Part shown: one piece after another, positions 12,401 through 23,953 of the stretch
Position numbering within the stretch: the stretch's first letter is position 1
Layout of the letters: each line of letters starts with the position of its first letter
Assembly (NCBI GenBank): GCA_024346625.1
Contig: AP024665.1
Span: 744,001 to 808,000, forward strand
From: Williopsis jadinii
Lineage: Eukaryota
Length of the DNA: 64,000 bases
Direction of reading: 5' to 3'
The notes under the pieces: generated by a model
What the model saw: the letters and a program-made list of their open reading frames with translations, nothing else
What the model was told of the DNA's origin: nothing
Database searches by the model: none
Translations under genes and position numbers: made by a program

Positions 12401-14216
12401 TGGAAACGCAGGACTCAGTTTTAATGGTAATGCTGGTAGTTTTGGTAGCACTGGATTTGGAACTTCTGGTTTTACGTTTGGCGATAAACCTAAAGAAACG
12501 ACATCATCTGCAACTTCTGATACAAAGTTTGATTTCTCAAATTCTGGATTCGGTGCTTTTGCAGATAAGAAACTAAATTTTGGAGGAAAGAATATCTTTG
12601 AGTCAAGTGATAGTGGATCTGAACAAGTTCATGAATCACATGATGAACAGAGCTTCCATGGCTTTGATGATCATGAGGATACTGACGAAAAAACACAGCA
12701 TAACTTTTCAGATGATATTGACGGTGTTCAAAGCATCTCTGAAGACGATGTTGATGCTGTTAATGATTCCAGTTCTAATATCGAAGACAATAATGGTGAA
12801 GAGGAAGGATCATCTGCTAATGAAAGCGAACTAACTGACAATGATTCTGATAATCAGAACAACGAAGAAAGTGCTCACGCCTCAGTGACTGCAGCTAGAA
12901 GTGATGCATATCTCTCGTCAGATATAGTTCATGTGGAATCTGATGCTGATGAAGAAGCATTAATAAAGAACATCAATGACGATTTCGAAGTCAAAGATGA
13001 TGTCGAAGATGCAGAAGCGTCAGATTTGAGCGACATTACCCAAGACATGTCACAACAGGATGAGGTTGAGGAATCTGAAGAAGTCCCGGATGACAGTGAG
13101 ACTCAAAAACGTTCGAATATTGAAAAGAAAGATGATGATGTCTCAATAGAACCGGACCAAGTTAGCAGACACAATAAAGCAACTCAACCAGATATGAACT
13201 ACGTTTCGGAATCGATTCAAACTGATGACAATACCATAGAAGCGGAAGTTCAGGCCACAGTGCAGGAAAAGCATATCTCCATACAAACAGATCCAATTGA
13301 ACTTGTTGATGTTTCCCAAGATTTATGCGATGATGAAGTTTACTTCGGCTCCTTCCATCTTCCTATCGACATCAAAAGCTATATTCATGTTAAAGATGTA
13401 AAATATCCAAAGTTGAGCTCTAATAACCTTGAAAAAGAGATAGAGTTGATGTTTTATGACACAGAAGCTGAACTGATGGTAGTAGAGGAGAACATTCGCA
13501 ATTTGAACAACTTTTTCTTGGATCATTGCAACATTCCCGTTCAACATACCGAGGTATCTATTGGGCACAGTAACCAGTGGAGGTTATCGGAGGCTTATAT
13601 CATCAATGACATCTTGAATTCAACTGTTAAACAGTCTTCTACGATAGCATCTGATACTAACTCAGACTTTGTTACTGTTGATGAAGTCCGTTCAGGTACC
13701 AAGGTTATCGAAGACCGCTGTCACAGGGTTGCTAATAAACTTGTTGCCCTTGAAAAGCAATATGATGTTCAACTGAATGCCTCTAGGGAGCTTGATTTTG
13801 AGCAACTTATGCTGCAACAAAGAGTTAGAGAATCATTTGCTAATACTTCGTCACAATTACGTTATGCCGAAACAAAGCTTTTAACTTTGAAATCAATTGC
13901 TAATGTCTTTTATGATAAGAACCCTACACCAAAAGTACTTGGAGATGTTATTTGTCAGATGGGCGTTGTCAGTTCTAATTATTCTACAGATGTTCAATCT
14001 TTGACCGATGAAATTGCAAAGATGAACCTCAACCATTCCAAGATCCTGGGGGAGCTGCAAAAAGGTAAATCTAAACTTTTTGATCAGCATCAACATGAGG
14101 ATAGATCCATGTTAAAGATAAAGATTGATGATTCAGACAGGAAGTTTTCCTCTTATCAGTCTATTATCCCATCTCTCAAAGAGAGAACTGTTGATGATGT
14201 TACAAATGTCTTCTGA
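9439..14216 (+). CDS. NUP159: FG nucleoporin Nup159; intron 9481-9539
   Basis: Exon 1 (9439-9480) MSELEEDFPSTTSE joins exon 2 DFGFKLLG, as in S. cerevisiae TETSEDFGFKFLG. GTATGT donor, ACTAAC branch, AAG acceptor. Beta-propeller, FG repeats, acidic region, QT-type Dyn2 motifs and C-terminal coiled coil. Confidence 0.93.
10899..11812 (+). repeat. Coding 45-nt tandem repeat (TTADSKPAFGSSGFG) with an interspersed longer unit
   Basis: Near-identical DNA copies such as ACTACTGCAGACAGTAAGCCAGCTTTCGGTTCGTCAGGGTTTGGC. Three copies of a SPFSTLNA(E/G)KDKDNK unit. Confidence 0.95.
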
Positions 14217-14283
14217 CAGTGTATATGTTCTATTGTGAGTATCATATATAAAATACTGTTTCAGTTTATCTTTTTTACTTAAC

Positions 14284-15523
14284 TTATAGTAGGTCTTTGC
14301 TAACTTCTTGGAATTTTTCAAGCAGGATGTCGTTCTCCTCCTTCGTACCAACAGTAATTCTCAGCCCACCAGGACAGCCAAGTTCGTTACCTCTGTATCT
14401 GATTACAACGCCTTTTGTAGTGGCCAATTTTTCATAGATGTATTTCGCATCTTCACTTGAAGGGTCGCCTTTCTTATCAACAACTTGAACGAGTAGGAAA
14501 TTTGCAGATTCACCACCCAACAATTTTGAAACATTTGGGAATTTCAATAGCTCATCCACTAGCCTTGATCTCTCAGAATTCAACAGTTGAACTACCTCTC
14601 TCATATGTTTGATACTCTGTGGAGAAACAGCTCTGGTCGCAACAGAAGATGTCAACGTGGAAATGTTGTAAGGGGCCTTCAGAGCATTCAAGATACCAGC
14701 TAATCTCTTTGTAGCAAAAGTAATACCCAATCTAATGGCTGCCAATCCAAAAGACTTGGATAGGGTCTGCATGACAACCAAGTTTGGGTACTTGTTTACA
14801 AGGGTTGCCAATGAGGAACCAACTGGTGCAAAATCAACGTATGCCTCGTCAGCAACAACAACACCGTTGAAGTTTTCGTTATTCAACACTTTTTCAATGA
14901 GCTTGAAATCGATCAGTGTACCGGTAGGGTTCCCCGGAGTTGTGATGTATACAATCTTGATTGTTGGGTCGTTTGCAATGGCCTTATTAATCTCTTCTGG
15001 ATCGATTTGGAAAGTATCCAGGTTCAATGGCACTTTCACAATTTCAACCTCGTTAATCGTGGCACAGATGGAGTACATACCATAGGTTGGAGGACAAATA
15101 AGCAGCTTATCCTTGGTAGGACGACATACCGTTCTGATCAGGGCGTCAATGCTCTCATCTGAACCAACACCTAAGCACAGGTTTTCCGGGGTGATGGTAT
15201 CTTGCTTATCAACGTCAAATACGTTCTCAGCATTTCTGAACTCCACAATGAGTTTTTTCAGCTCCAGCTGATGAGGGTCTGGGTAACGGTGCAATTGGAG
15301 CAACTGCTCCTCATCGTCCAAGTCTTGGATGGCTGGTCCATGTGCATTCTCATTGGCATCGAGCAAGATCCCTTCTTTGAAGTCGCTATGGTACAATTTC
15401 CAGTGTTAGAACTCATCACGCAATTGTGAAAACACGCAGCATATAAACTCACTCTCTTGCACAACGATAAGGCTCCAGTGCAAGAATGTTCGGTCTAACG
15501 AGAGTATTCAAGTTGAATGGCAT
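14284..15523 (-). CDS. HIS5: Histidinol-phosphate aminotransferase; intron 15386-15452
   Basis: Exon 1 (15523-15453) MPFNLNTLVRPNILALEPYRCAR. GTGAGT donor, TTCTAAC branch, TAG acceptor. Spliced RCARDDFKEGILLDANEN; PLP motif TLSKSFGLAAIRLG. Confidence 0.95.
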
Positions 15524-15588
15524 CTTCTCCCTATCTCTTACGTCACAATCTCAAGGAATACGTAAAAGATATGGAAAGTGTCCAAAAG

Positions 15589-15595
15589 TGAGTCA
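15589..15595. promoter_or_regulatory. Gcn4 site in the HIS5/HPP divergent promoter
   Basis: Perfect TGAGTCA about 66 nt upstream of the HIS5 ATG. Confidence 0.6.
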
Positions 15596-15870
15596 CATTC
15601 AAAACCAGCTAACACCCAGACACCAAGTGCGAGGGTGAAAAAGAGAAAAGACGGAGTTGCTCGCAACTCCAGCGCTATTTCCCAGAGTAGTTATTCCCGA
15701 ATGAATGACCTTGAGGAGACTTCCGTGGATCAATTGAATAATTACCAATTCAGTTATACCGACAATTGGGATAGAAAGTAGTGACTTGTTCGTGTCTACT
15801 TTGCTCCTTCTTCTTCTTCCTTTCTAAGCTTGCCTACCCTTTGTAGAGTGTGTGGATTTTTCAAAGAAAG

Positions 15871-16674
15871 ATGAGGCCTTTACATCTCGATGCATACACA
15901 GACAATTATGTCCCGCCATCAGTATTACCAAAGTTACCGAGATTTATCTCGAAATGGTTAGGTGGTGCACCGGCAATGAAGGACGTGCCAGAGGCTTTGC
16001 ATTATGTTGACATTTGGATTGGTTCTTTTGTGTCACTCTTAACAATTGAAGGAGTATTCAGGCACTCGACTGTGTTTCAAGAACACCACGCACCTCATAT
16101 CATTGCCAGTTACGGTGCTACAGCCATCTTGGCATTTAATGTCCATGTTGCGCCTTTGGCACAACCTAGGAACATCTTTATGGGTCATTTCATCTCTGCA
16201 TTGATAGGTGTATGCGTCATGAAGCTATTCTCTTTGTCAGAGACAGGTAGGGATCATTACTGGGTAGGTGGTCCATTGGCAGTAGGCGTGGCTAGCGTTG
16301 CAATGTCAGCATTGAACTGTGTTCATCCACCTAGTGGTGCAAGTGCTCTATTGCCCCTTATAGACGACCAGATCAGAGCAATGAGCTGGTGGTATTTACC
16401 AGCACACATTGTCAGTTCGCTGCTGATCATTGGCGTTGCATGTATCACTAACAACATTCTCCGGTCCTATCCCGTGTATTGGTGGACTGCTCATCATTTC
16501 AGAGATGAGAAACCCGATAAAGCTGGGACCAAAAGTTCTGATTTGGAAATCGGCGATAATAAAGCAGGCGATATTTCTATTGTGGAAAGAGATCTGGTTA
16601 TACCTCAGGGGACTGTACTCACTACAGCTCAAATGCAATTTCTCGAATCTATCAAAGACATGATCATAAACTAA
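15871..16674 (+). CDS. HPP-family membrane protein
   Basis: First ATG at 15871. SYGATAIL, PLAQPRN and VHPPSGA family motifs; several TM helices. Confidence 0.88.
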   Translation: MRPLHLDAYTDNYVPPSVLPKLPRFISKWLGGAPAMKDVPEALHYVDIWIGSFVSLLTIEGVFRHSTVFQEHHAPHIIASYGATAILAFNVHVAPLAQPRNIFMGHFISALIGVCVMKLFSLSETGRDHYWVGGPLAVGVASVAMSALNCVHPPSGASALLPLIDDQIRAMSWWYLPAHIVSSLLIIGVACITNNILRSYPVYWWTAHHFRDEKPDKAGTKSSDLEIGDNKAGDISIVERDLVIPQGTVLTTAQMQFLESIKDMIIN

Positions 16675-16704
16675 TTACTTTCAACGACGTCAAGCTGTTT
16701 TTCC

Positions 16705-17220
16705 TCATGTAGTATCAAGCCTTACGTAGAATGGTAATTTGTTCCTGTCAACTTCAAGTTTTGTTTCGAATATCTCGATAAATTCCATATCGCTTTCCCC
16801 CTTGCCTCCAGCGTACTTATCATACTCTGTAAATATACCTGTTAGACTCCATCCCTGTAACAATTTACGCAATATTCCAACTAGCACTCCAACTCTATGT
16901 TTTCCCTTGTTGGAATGGATCAAAATGGGATAGTTCTCAACGTTCAGGATGATTGATAGTGCATCGTTCATAATCTTTGGGTCGTTCATGACAAAGGGCT
17001 CCTTGGGGGATTTCATCTTTAAATATTTGAACTCAATTCCCTCTTGTTTCAAGAAATCGTAATATTCATAGTTATCCTCCTTGTCTCCAATGTATATAAC
17101 AGTTTTCAACTTCAACGTCTTCAGGAAGGGGAAGTTCTTGGGCACTGGATGCCCTGAGCGGTAAATCTTGTCCTCCACAAGTGCAAAATTTAACGGTGGA
17201 ACGTAGATGGTGTCGGACAT
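16705..17220 (-). CDS. OCA2: Oca2 pseudophosphatase (Siw14/OCA family)
   Basis: YVPPLNF...YRSG...YPILIHSNKGKHRVGV. Ser replaces the catalytic Cys, as in Oca2. ATG at 17220. Confidence 0.9.
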   Translation of the reverse strand: MSDTIYVPPLNFALVEDKIYRSGHPVPKNFPFLKTLKLKTVIYIGDKEDNYEYYDFLKQEGIEFKYLKMKSPKEPFVMNDPKIMNDALSIILNVENYPILIHSNKGKHRVGVLVGILRKLLQGWSLTGIFTEYDKYAGGKGESDMEFIEIFETKLEVDRNKLPFYVRLDTT

Positions 17221-18181
17221 GTGATTAGAAGATAGTGCTCCAATGATATCTAAGTTGATCAAGTTAAGGATGATTATGGAATCTGTAGCGCCTGCCAGTC
17301 TCTGTAATTAGTCCAAAGGATGTCGCTGTTGTTGATTGAATTTCTGCTCGAGACCAAACATTGGTGTTCGGATGCACCACACAGCCAGACTCGAAACCCA
17401 TTGGACATTGCCATTTATCTCCCAGAAAGCCCCGTTCCAATAGTGAGCCTACCGAGTCAATTGAGTATATGCAGGTAGAGGTGTCGATATTATTCATTTA
17501 TAACTGAGTAGCTAACATAGCCACTTTGAATGACCTCGATTGGGAAACTGACTGTACGAGCACTTGAGATCTTAAATTTGTGGTGTCCAGGTTTATCGTG
17601 ACACAACATGTTCATACCTCCATAGGGGAAAGCGCAACTTACTAGATGAGCTAAAGTGGGTAATGATTGCAGGATCAACGTTTTCTCTGTTGTTCAGTAG
17701 AGAGATTTAATAGGTTTATGATTCAATGTAGGCGTTTTAGATCATTATAATTGATGTTTTAAGAAAGTGATATTAACTTATTGACAAAGAAAATTTTGTT
17801 ATATATATTCTCACTTGTTATATTTCAAGATCATAATGGAGCTCTCCACTAATTTCAAAAAGGAAATAAAAATATCACATATTTGATGATTGTTAATGAA
17901 TTCCACTAAATATCATGGAAGAGAGCTGTATAAATGTCAATAATGTTGAATTACGTGTTAAAATGACAACTTAACAACAATCTTCTTCAAAAAGGGTCAA
18001 ATTTCACTCTGCGAAGATTGTTAATACGATGGCTCAATCATATCGACCCAGATGATATATTACAGATTGAGCCCAGCAGTTCATCACTTACAATGAATAA
18101 CGTTGAATCATATAAATATCAAAAGAAAAATTTCAAACTAAATAAGGGAATATATATAATCTAGTCAAGTTCAAGAACAAA

Positions 18182-19930
18182 TCAGTACTCTTTGTTAACA
18201 GAAGTGGTACCAGTTTTGGTCTCCGCATCGACATCATATTGTATCTTTCCGTCACTGTACTCTTGAATCTTACTATCGTTAGAAGGAATATCGGCTGGCT
18301 CCATTTCAATTGCTTCATCTGCTTCAATGTAATTCACGGTTTCTTCCTCTTGAGGAATGAACAAGTTAAGAATAACACCAAGGATACCGGCAATAGCATA
18401 ACCGGTCTCCATAACAAGAATAATGGCATTGTAGAAACCTTGAAGCGCGTGGTTATCACCGTCGTAGGTGAAGATATAGGAGAACCAATCACTAACCATG
18501 GTTGAACCGAAACCAAACACCAATGTAGCAGTGAGAACAAAACGGTCTCTTCTGGTAAATCTATTTCTAGAGATAATGGCTAAACCAGCAACAGCAACAG
18601 ATGTGAACAAGAAGGTGGTCATACCACCAAGAACAGGATTTGGAATAGAAGTCAATGCAGCAGCGAACTTGGAGAAGATACCCATGACGATAAGGAAGAA
18701 ACAACACCAATAACCAACCGTTCTGTTAGCACACTTTGTGATGGAGATGACACCGTTGTTCTGGGCAAATGTTGACATTGGTGTGATAGTACAGAGACAA
18801 GCTAGCAAACCGTTGAATCCATCCGCAAGGACACCACCTTGGATACGAGACTCGTACATTTCACCTTCAACCTCCAAACGAGAAACATCACACGTAGCTG
18901 TGATATCACCAATGGCTTCCATCATCAAAACGATATAAGTTGCAAGCATTGGAAGCACTGCAGGGCCATAAACGGTAAGTTTGAATGTGTGAACCCAAAT
19001 GAAGGTTGCAGCTGGTGCAGCTTCGATATTATCTGGACTGAAGTAACCACAGGCAGCAGCAACAATACAACCCACAAGGAGACCAACGATAACTGCACAA
19101 GATTTCATAATTGGAGACCCCCACTTTTCACAAATCAAAATGGTTAGATAGACCAAGAAACCCAGACCAAAGAATCTTGCGTTACCAAAATGGCCAGCCA
19201 TTGGAGAACCTTCGCTTGGACATGTGTCTGTACAGTTTGAGCCACCAAGCCAGTTGGTAACACCAGATTGGATCAGACTAACACCAATAAGCAGGACGAC
19301 AGGACCGGTAACGATAGGAGGGAAAATTCTTTGTAGGACCTTTGGTGGGATAAACGACAGGGCAATTTCCAAAAGGGCACAACAAGCACCGGTACCTAGG
19401 ATGGCACCATATCCTTCTGGACAAGGCAGATGAGTTCCATCTGCTGCAACTGGACACTCTCCTGTTGCGTACATGATAGGGAACGAGTTGTTGACGATGG
19501 TGATTGTAGCGAATGATGTACCCACAACAGATAGCAAACCGGTACCCACGTAGTACTTTGTACCCATGATATGGAATCTTGTAATTTGGATTGACGAAAG
19601 GATGCCACTGACAATAAGCGATACCGAGACAAGATACTGGGATGTTGCACTACCGAGATTGGCGGCAGATGCGATGATAATAGGCGGGGTCATGATACCA
19701 GCCAACATGGACAGCGAATGCTGGAAGCCCAAGATCATGCCCAAAACAACTGGCATTTCCGAGTCCAACCCGAAAAAGGGTTGTTCCTTATGTGTCTTCG
19801 ATACGAATGGGATCGATGGCATAAAGAGACTCATGTAGTCATAATCACCAATGAGACCTTCCTTAGTTGTGAATTTCTTGAAGAGTCGCTTACCAGCGCC
19901 CTTCGCATCTTCTGTAGTTGGGAGCAACAT
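18182..19930 (-). CDS. Uric acid/xanthine permease (NAT/NCS2 family, UapA/UapC-like)
   Basis: GFQH in TM1, NAT signature QNNGVISITK, EAIGD; many TM segments. Confidence 0.93.
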   Translation of the reverse strand: MLLPTTEDAKGAGKRLFKKFTTKEGLIGDYDYMSLFMPSIPFVSKTHKEQPFFGLDSEMPVVLGMILGFQHSLSMLAGIMTPPIIIASAANLGSATSQYLVSVSLIVSGILSSIQITRFHIMGTKYYVGTGLLSVVGTSFATITIVNNSFPIMYATGECPVAADGTHLPCPEGYGAILGTGACCALLEIALSFIPPKVLQRIFPPIVTGPVVLLIGVSLIQSGVTNWLGGSNCTDTCPSEGSPMAGHFGNARFFGLGFLVYLTILICEKWGSPIMKSCAVIVGLLVGCIVAAACGYFSPDNIEAAPAATFIWVHTFKLTVYGPAVLPMLATYIVLMMEAIGDITATCDVSRLEVEGEMYESRIQGGVLADGFNGLLACLCTITPMSTFAQNNGVISITKCANRTVGYWCCFFLIVMGIFSKFAAALTSIPNPVLGGMTTFLFTSVAVAGLAIISRNRFTRRDRFVLTATLVFGFGSTMVSDWFSYIFTYDGDNHALQGFYNAIILVMETGYAIAGILGVILNLFIPQEEETVNYIEADEAIEMEPADIPSNDSKIQEYSDGKIQYDVDAETKTGTTSVNKEY

Positions 19931-20012
19931 ATCTCACGCAGTCTATGCTGATTTAGTCACAAACAGCCATTGTCACATTACACACACCATTTTGGAGACC
20001 GATGGCCTTCTC

Positions 20013-20411
20013 TTTATATACAAATTACACACACACTACTTATCGATATCAGCTTGCGTCAAGTTTAAAAGGGTAAGAATGCGCCAATTAGCTAGAGATA
20101 ATGTGGGCATTGTGCCTTGAAATCCTTCTTCCTCACAATTTCCTGCATGATCGTGACCCAATTACAACCTCTGCTCCAACATGCGGATACGTGCTTCCCA
20201 CATCTGATTTGTCAGTCGTCTTCAGTGTTTAGTTGGTGCACACACCGTTTATTGGCGCACTACATGGCACTGTGTTACCATAAAAAGAGCAGGCCAAGAA
20301 AGCCAAGAGCCGTTTGTTGAAGAACGCCAGCTTTGAAGCGCAAGATTCCTCTCGCCAAACGAAGCACTTTCTTCCTTGGAAAGACCTGTTCACGGGTTGT
20401 TTTATCTTATC
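20013..20411 (-). promoter_or_regulatory. TATA box and GATA (nitrogen-regulation) sites upstream of the purine permease
   Basis: TATATAAA on the minus strand at 20013-20020. GATAAG (minus) at 20039-20044 and 20406-20411; GATAAT at 20097; GATAAA (minus) at 20401. Confidence 0.45.
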
Positions 20412-22096
20412 TGCATGTATAAGGTACGAAGGGAAGGGGGAAGGCCGAATGTATGTGGGTGTTTCAACCATTGCAAAGCAAAAGCGGCTTGGTTTGGTTG
20501 AGACAGTCCGTCGGAGGAGATCACCGAGCTTGTGGGAAAGCCCGGCTGTAGTTTACCTGTTGCAGTTCTGTAGATGAGTTTGGCGATTACGGAAGAGTAC
20601 AATACCATTTTTGATCAAAACTGAGCGATGAGAAGGTCGACAGAACCAAAGTACTCTGGATGTTTCTTCATGTAGGTACACCAGGAGCCAGGAGTCGAGA
20701 TTATGCTAAATTCTTGGATGTCCCAAAATATGTCTTGTGACTTGATACTCCTTGGATAAACCGCACTCACGCTAACACTTGGCAACACTGATTGTGTAAA
20801 CTCTGTTATCTCTCAAGTTTCAAGTTCCCACTTCTATGTCGTTGTCTGTATGTTTAATTTTGTCATGGACAACTTCCCAAGCGTATGTGGTTGCAAAGCA
20901 TTAAACTCAAGGCGGACACTCACGTCACCAAGTGTCCAGTCGTCGTATCCATTAAAAGTCTCTAGTAGTCAGCTAAATAAGTTAGCCGATGTAAATGACC
21001 TGGATTGGAATGATGGTCGTATCGATCTATGTACATGTAAAAGTCGGTCTTTTCCATTATGTTCCATAATGAGTCTTTTTTTTTAGGTATGGAGTTCCCC
21101 ATTTGAAAAAGAAATAGTCATTTAACACGTTCGGCGTGACACACAGGCCCACACATAGGTCGAAGCTTTGTTCTAGATAAGAGTTGTACACAACTATGCA
21201 AATGGATGTGCTGAATCTTGACGAGACCTGAATTTGGGTCTTGGTTTCATGTATGAGTGTGTCCTGGATGTAATTTAGATAATGATTGCCGAAGGATAGG
21301 GCTCCTGTGTTGGGAGAAAGCCTGTGCTTCAAAACGCTTTCAGCCGAAGTATAATTCTCATCGATTTGCCAATGGGGGTAGCCAATCATGTGTATCCATG
21401 ACAGAAGATAGACAGTCGATAGAAAAGTAGTTCGCCGTTAGTACCTACCGTATTTTCTGTATAGTTGTTTGTATATATGTAGTTACGCACACCTGGATTT
21501 GACCATTTGAACTATTAGGCGATTTTATGATGATAAGATTTGATATTTGATTGCATTACTGGTGGCTTTTCATCTTTAATAAACACGGAGCTTGATTGAG
21601 ATAGATTTCCTAGTTCTTGATATGGAGGACTTCGGATTTCGCTCATAATTTCTGTTCAATCACACAGCGATCCTACGTTGAGAAATGCTCATCAATTCAA
21701 GTCACCACTGGAGGATCCATATCGGGATTTCATCTTCTTCCAATATTGATCATCGTGTTCCTTGAATAATGGCATATCCCAGAGGAATTATCCTCAACAT
21801 TTGTCATTTGTTCGATAAGACAACCCCATACCTCAGTTTTGAATGCAAGCGAACAGTTGCTAAATATTTCGATAATAGAACCAGCACCTAGGTAATTCTA
21901 TGGACAGGAGGACTAAAGCTTGGATTTTGACGTGGGACGAAAAGGTATCATTGACTCTCAATATCAAGGGTTATTTATTATATGAGAAACGCAATAAAAA
22001 ACCTTCAAGCTCTGAAAACTATATTTGGATAGAGATCAGAAATTGAGATATCGGTGTTGTGATGTAACTGCTTAACAATTCATACGTGAGAGTTGA

Positions 22097-23174
22097 AAGC
22101 ACTGGAATGAAACCTCTCCAGAACAAGTATACCAACTTCAAGAGGGTGTTTATTTGAGGGAAAGATCTATTAAAGACTCGAATCCGGAATTATCAACACA
22201 GGAAAGCACCACGCATGAGAAGATTCTATACGTTTATCATATCTCAGTGTTGGCCATCAGTAATAAATACAATCTCAAAGGTCGACTAGTTATTTGGGAA
22301 GTGAAAGCTTTTCATTTATATTCTAGGGAAAAGAACAACCACTTAAGAGATCACGTCCATGACAAAAGAAGGAGACATAAAGTGAGTGAGGTTGTGAAGG
22401 TGAAAATCATGTTGAGGCAGAAGAAAATATTTGTACATATGGTATTTCCTTTGAGGTATAGATATTGTACCAAGCAAAGGACCAGCTTCTCTTATGCCGA
22501 AGAAGATAGCTTTTGCTTAAGTTTCTTCATATACAAGTCATCAAAGGGTGATGCTTTGGTAAAAAAAACTTTTCCATTTATACTCTAGTCACATCAGCTG
22601 ACAAACTCTTCATTGAAGCGAGCTATCTTCTTGCACGACTTATACGCAGGTGGGGTTATCCCATATTCGATTCAATTGAAGGGTGATAAACTCCAGCGAG
22701 AAATCCTTTTCCTGGAACTGACCAATAGAAGCACTTGAGGGGTATCGATTGATGGACTATTTGAGTTAAAACTTGTTACATTGGTCAAAGTGTCGATACC
22801 GCATATTAAGCCAGAAAGAAAGCTACATACGTTTAGCGAAGAAACAGTTCATTCAAGTACCGAAAACATCACACACGAGGCCAATCAAGAACAAAGATGA
22901 TTTGATTGAAGCCTCCAGAATAACCAAGAAAAAAGTGTTCAATCGTACAATCGACCTCGATATGTTTCAACTTTGGAGTGAACTACATTACTTCATCACT
23001 TACTTAGCCATCACAAATCTGTTATTGCCCCAGTACTCGGTCTCCTCTTGTCAACACTTACATTGTGATTCAGGCCAGTTCGTACAATCAGTCTTTCCCA
23101 CAATGAAAGATATTCTAACCTCCACTTCCGACGCTTTCATTTCCACTTCTTCTCCACATCGAGGTATCAAGTAA
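22097..23174 (+). pseudogene. Possible decayed coding sequence of unknown origin
   Basis: One frame runs 22097-22900 with only two internal stops (22586, 22736) in AT-rich DNA. A shifted frame continues 22773-23174. No recognisable family. Confidence 0.3.
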
Positions 23175-23459
23175 CCCGAAGGCACAATTGTCTGTTGAAG
23201 AGCAAGATAAGTTTAAAACCAGGGTGAGCTTAAACCCCACTGGCTATACAAAAAGTAGCCCCATACTATTCGAGATATCCATTCAGTACCAAGAACAATT
23301 CCATCTTAGCTTAAACAAATAGTATTTCAACTTTCAAAAGAGGAAACAGACTCATTGTCTATAGAACCCAACTCTCGAGACGCATAAGCCCCTGTCACCG
23401 ATTTGTTATGCGCCACACACAGACCTCGATTCAAAGAGACGGGACCTTTTGCCTGAAAC

Positions 23460-23517
23460 CTAATTATAGAACAGCCGTTTTGTTTACAGCAAAAACCCGC
23501 ATCGGGAAATGTAAACA
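23460..23517. promoter_or_regulatory. Rlm1 site and two forkhead sites upstream of the PRM5-family gene
   Basis: CTAATTATAG (CTAW4TAG) at 23460-23469; TGTTTAC at 23481-23487; GTAAACA at 23511-23517. Confidence 0.5.
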
Positions 23518-23953
23518 GACACAAATGCAAAAAATTAGTTCGAGAATGCGAAGACGGCACGGTACATCAAACAAAGCTGTATAAAACAACAGCAAGGGAG
23601 GGAGACAGAAGGTACCAATCGAAAATTTCTCGCAGATTTTACGGTTTTTTTATAATACGAAAGGGTTTCCAGGTTTTCAAAGGAGAAAGTCCGTTTTAAT
23701 AACCATCTTTTCATTGATTGCATTCCAGAAGAAGCAGATTATCCACTTATTCCTCGTACGGAAGAGAAGAAGGAACGGAGGAAGGAAAAAAAAAAACTTT
23801 ATTCATCCAAGACACTTTTTACACTGCAACACAAAATACCCCCATCCCCTTTGTCCATCACACTCGTTTTCTCATTCCTCACCTAAAAGGGTATCATTGT
23901 TCCTTGTGACGTCAAAACCATCCACACAGCTCTTTTGAGAACATCTCGTACAA

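Noticed and set aside
21437..21443. Perfect TACTAAC on the minus strand in the gene-free interval
   Set aside because: No AG at the 10-21 nt spacing seen in the other introns, and no plausible donor or exon.
17690..23300. Point centromere or LTR retrotransposon in the AT-rich and gene-free stretches
   Set aside because: No CDEI/CDEIII pair, long inverted or direct repeats, or gag/pol motifs seen. A sequence-independent regional centromere cannot be excluded from sequence alone.
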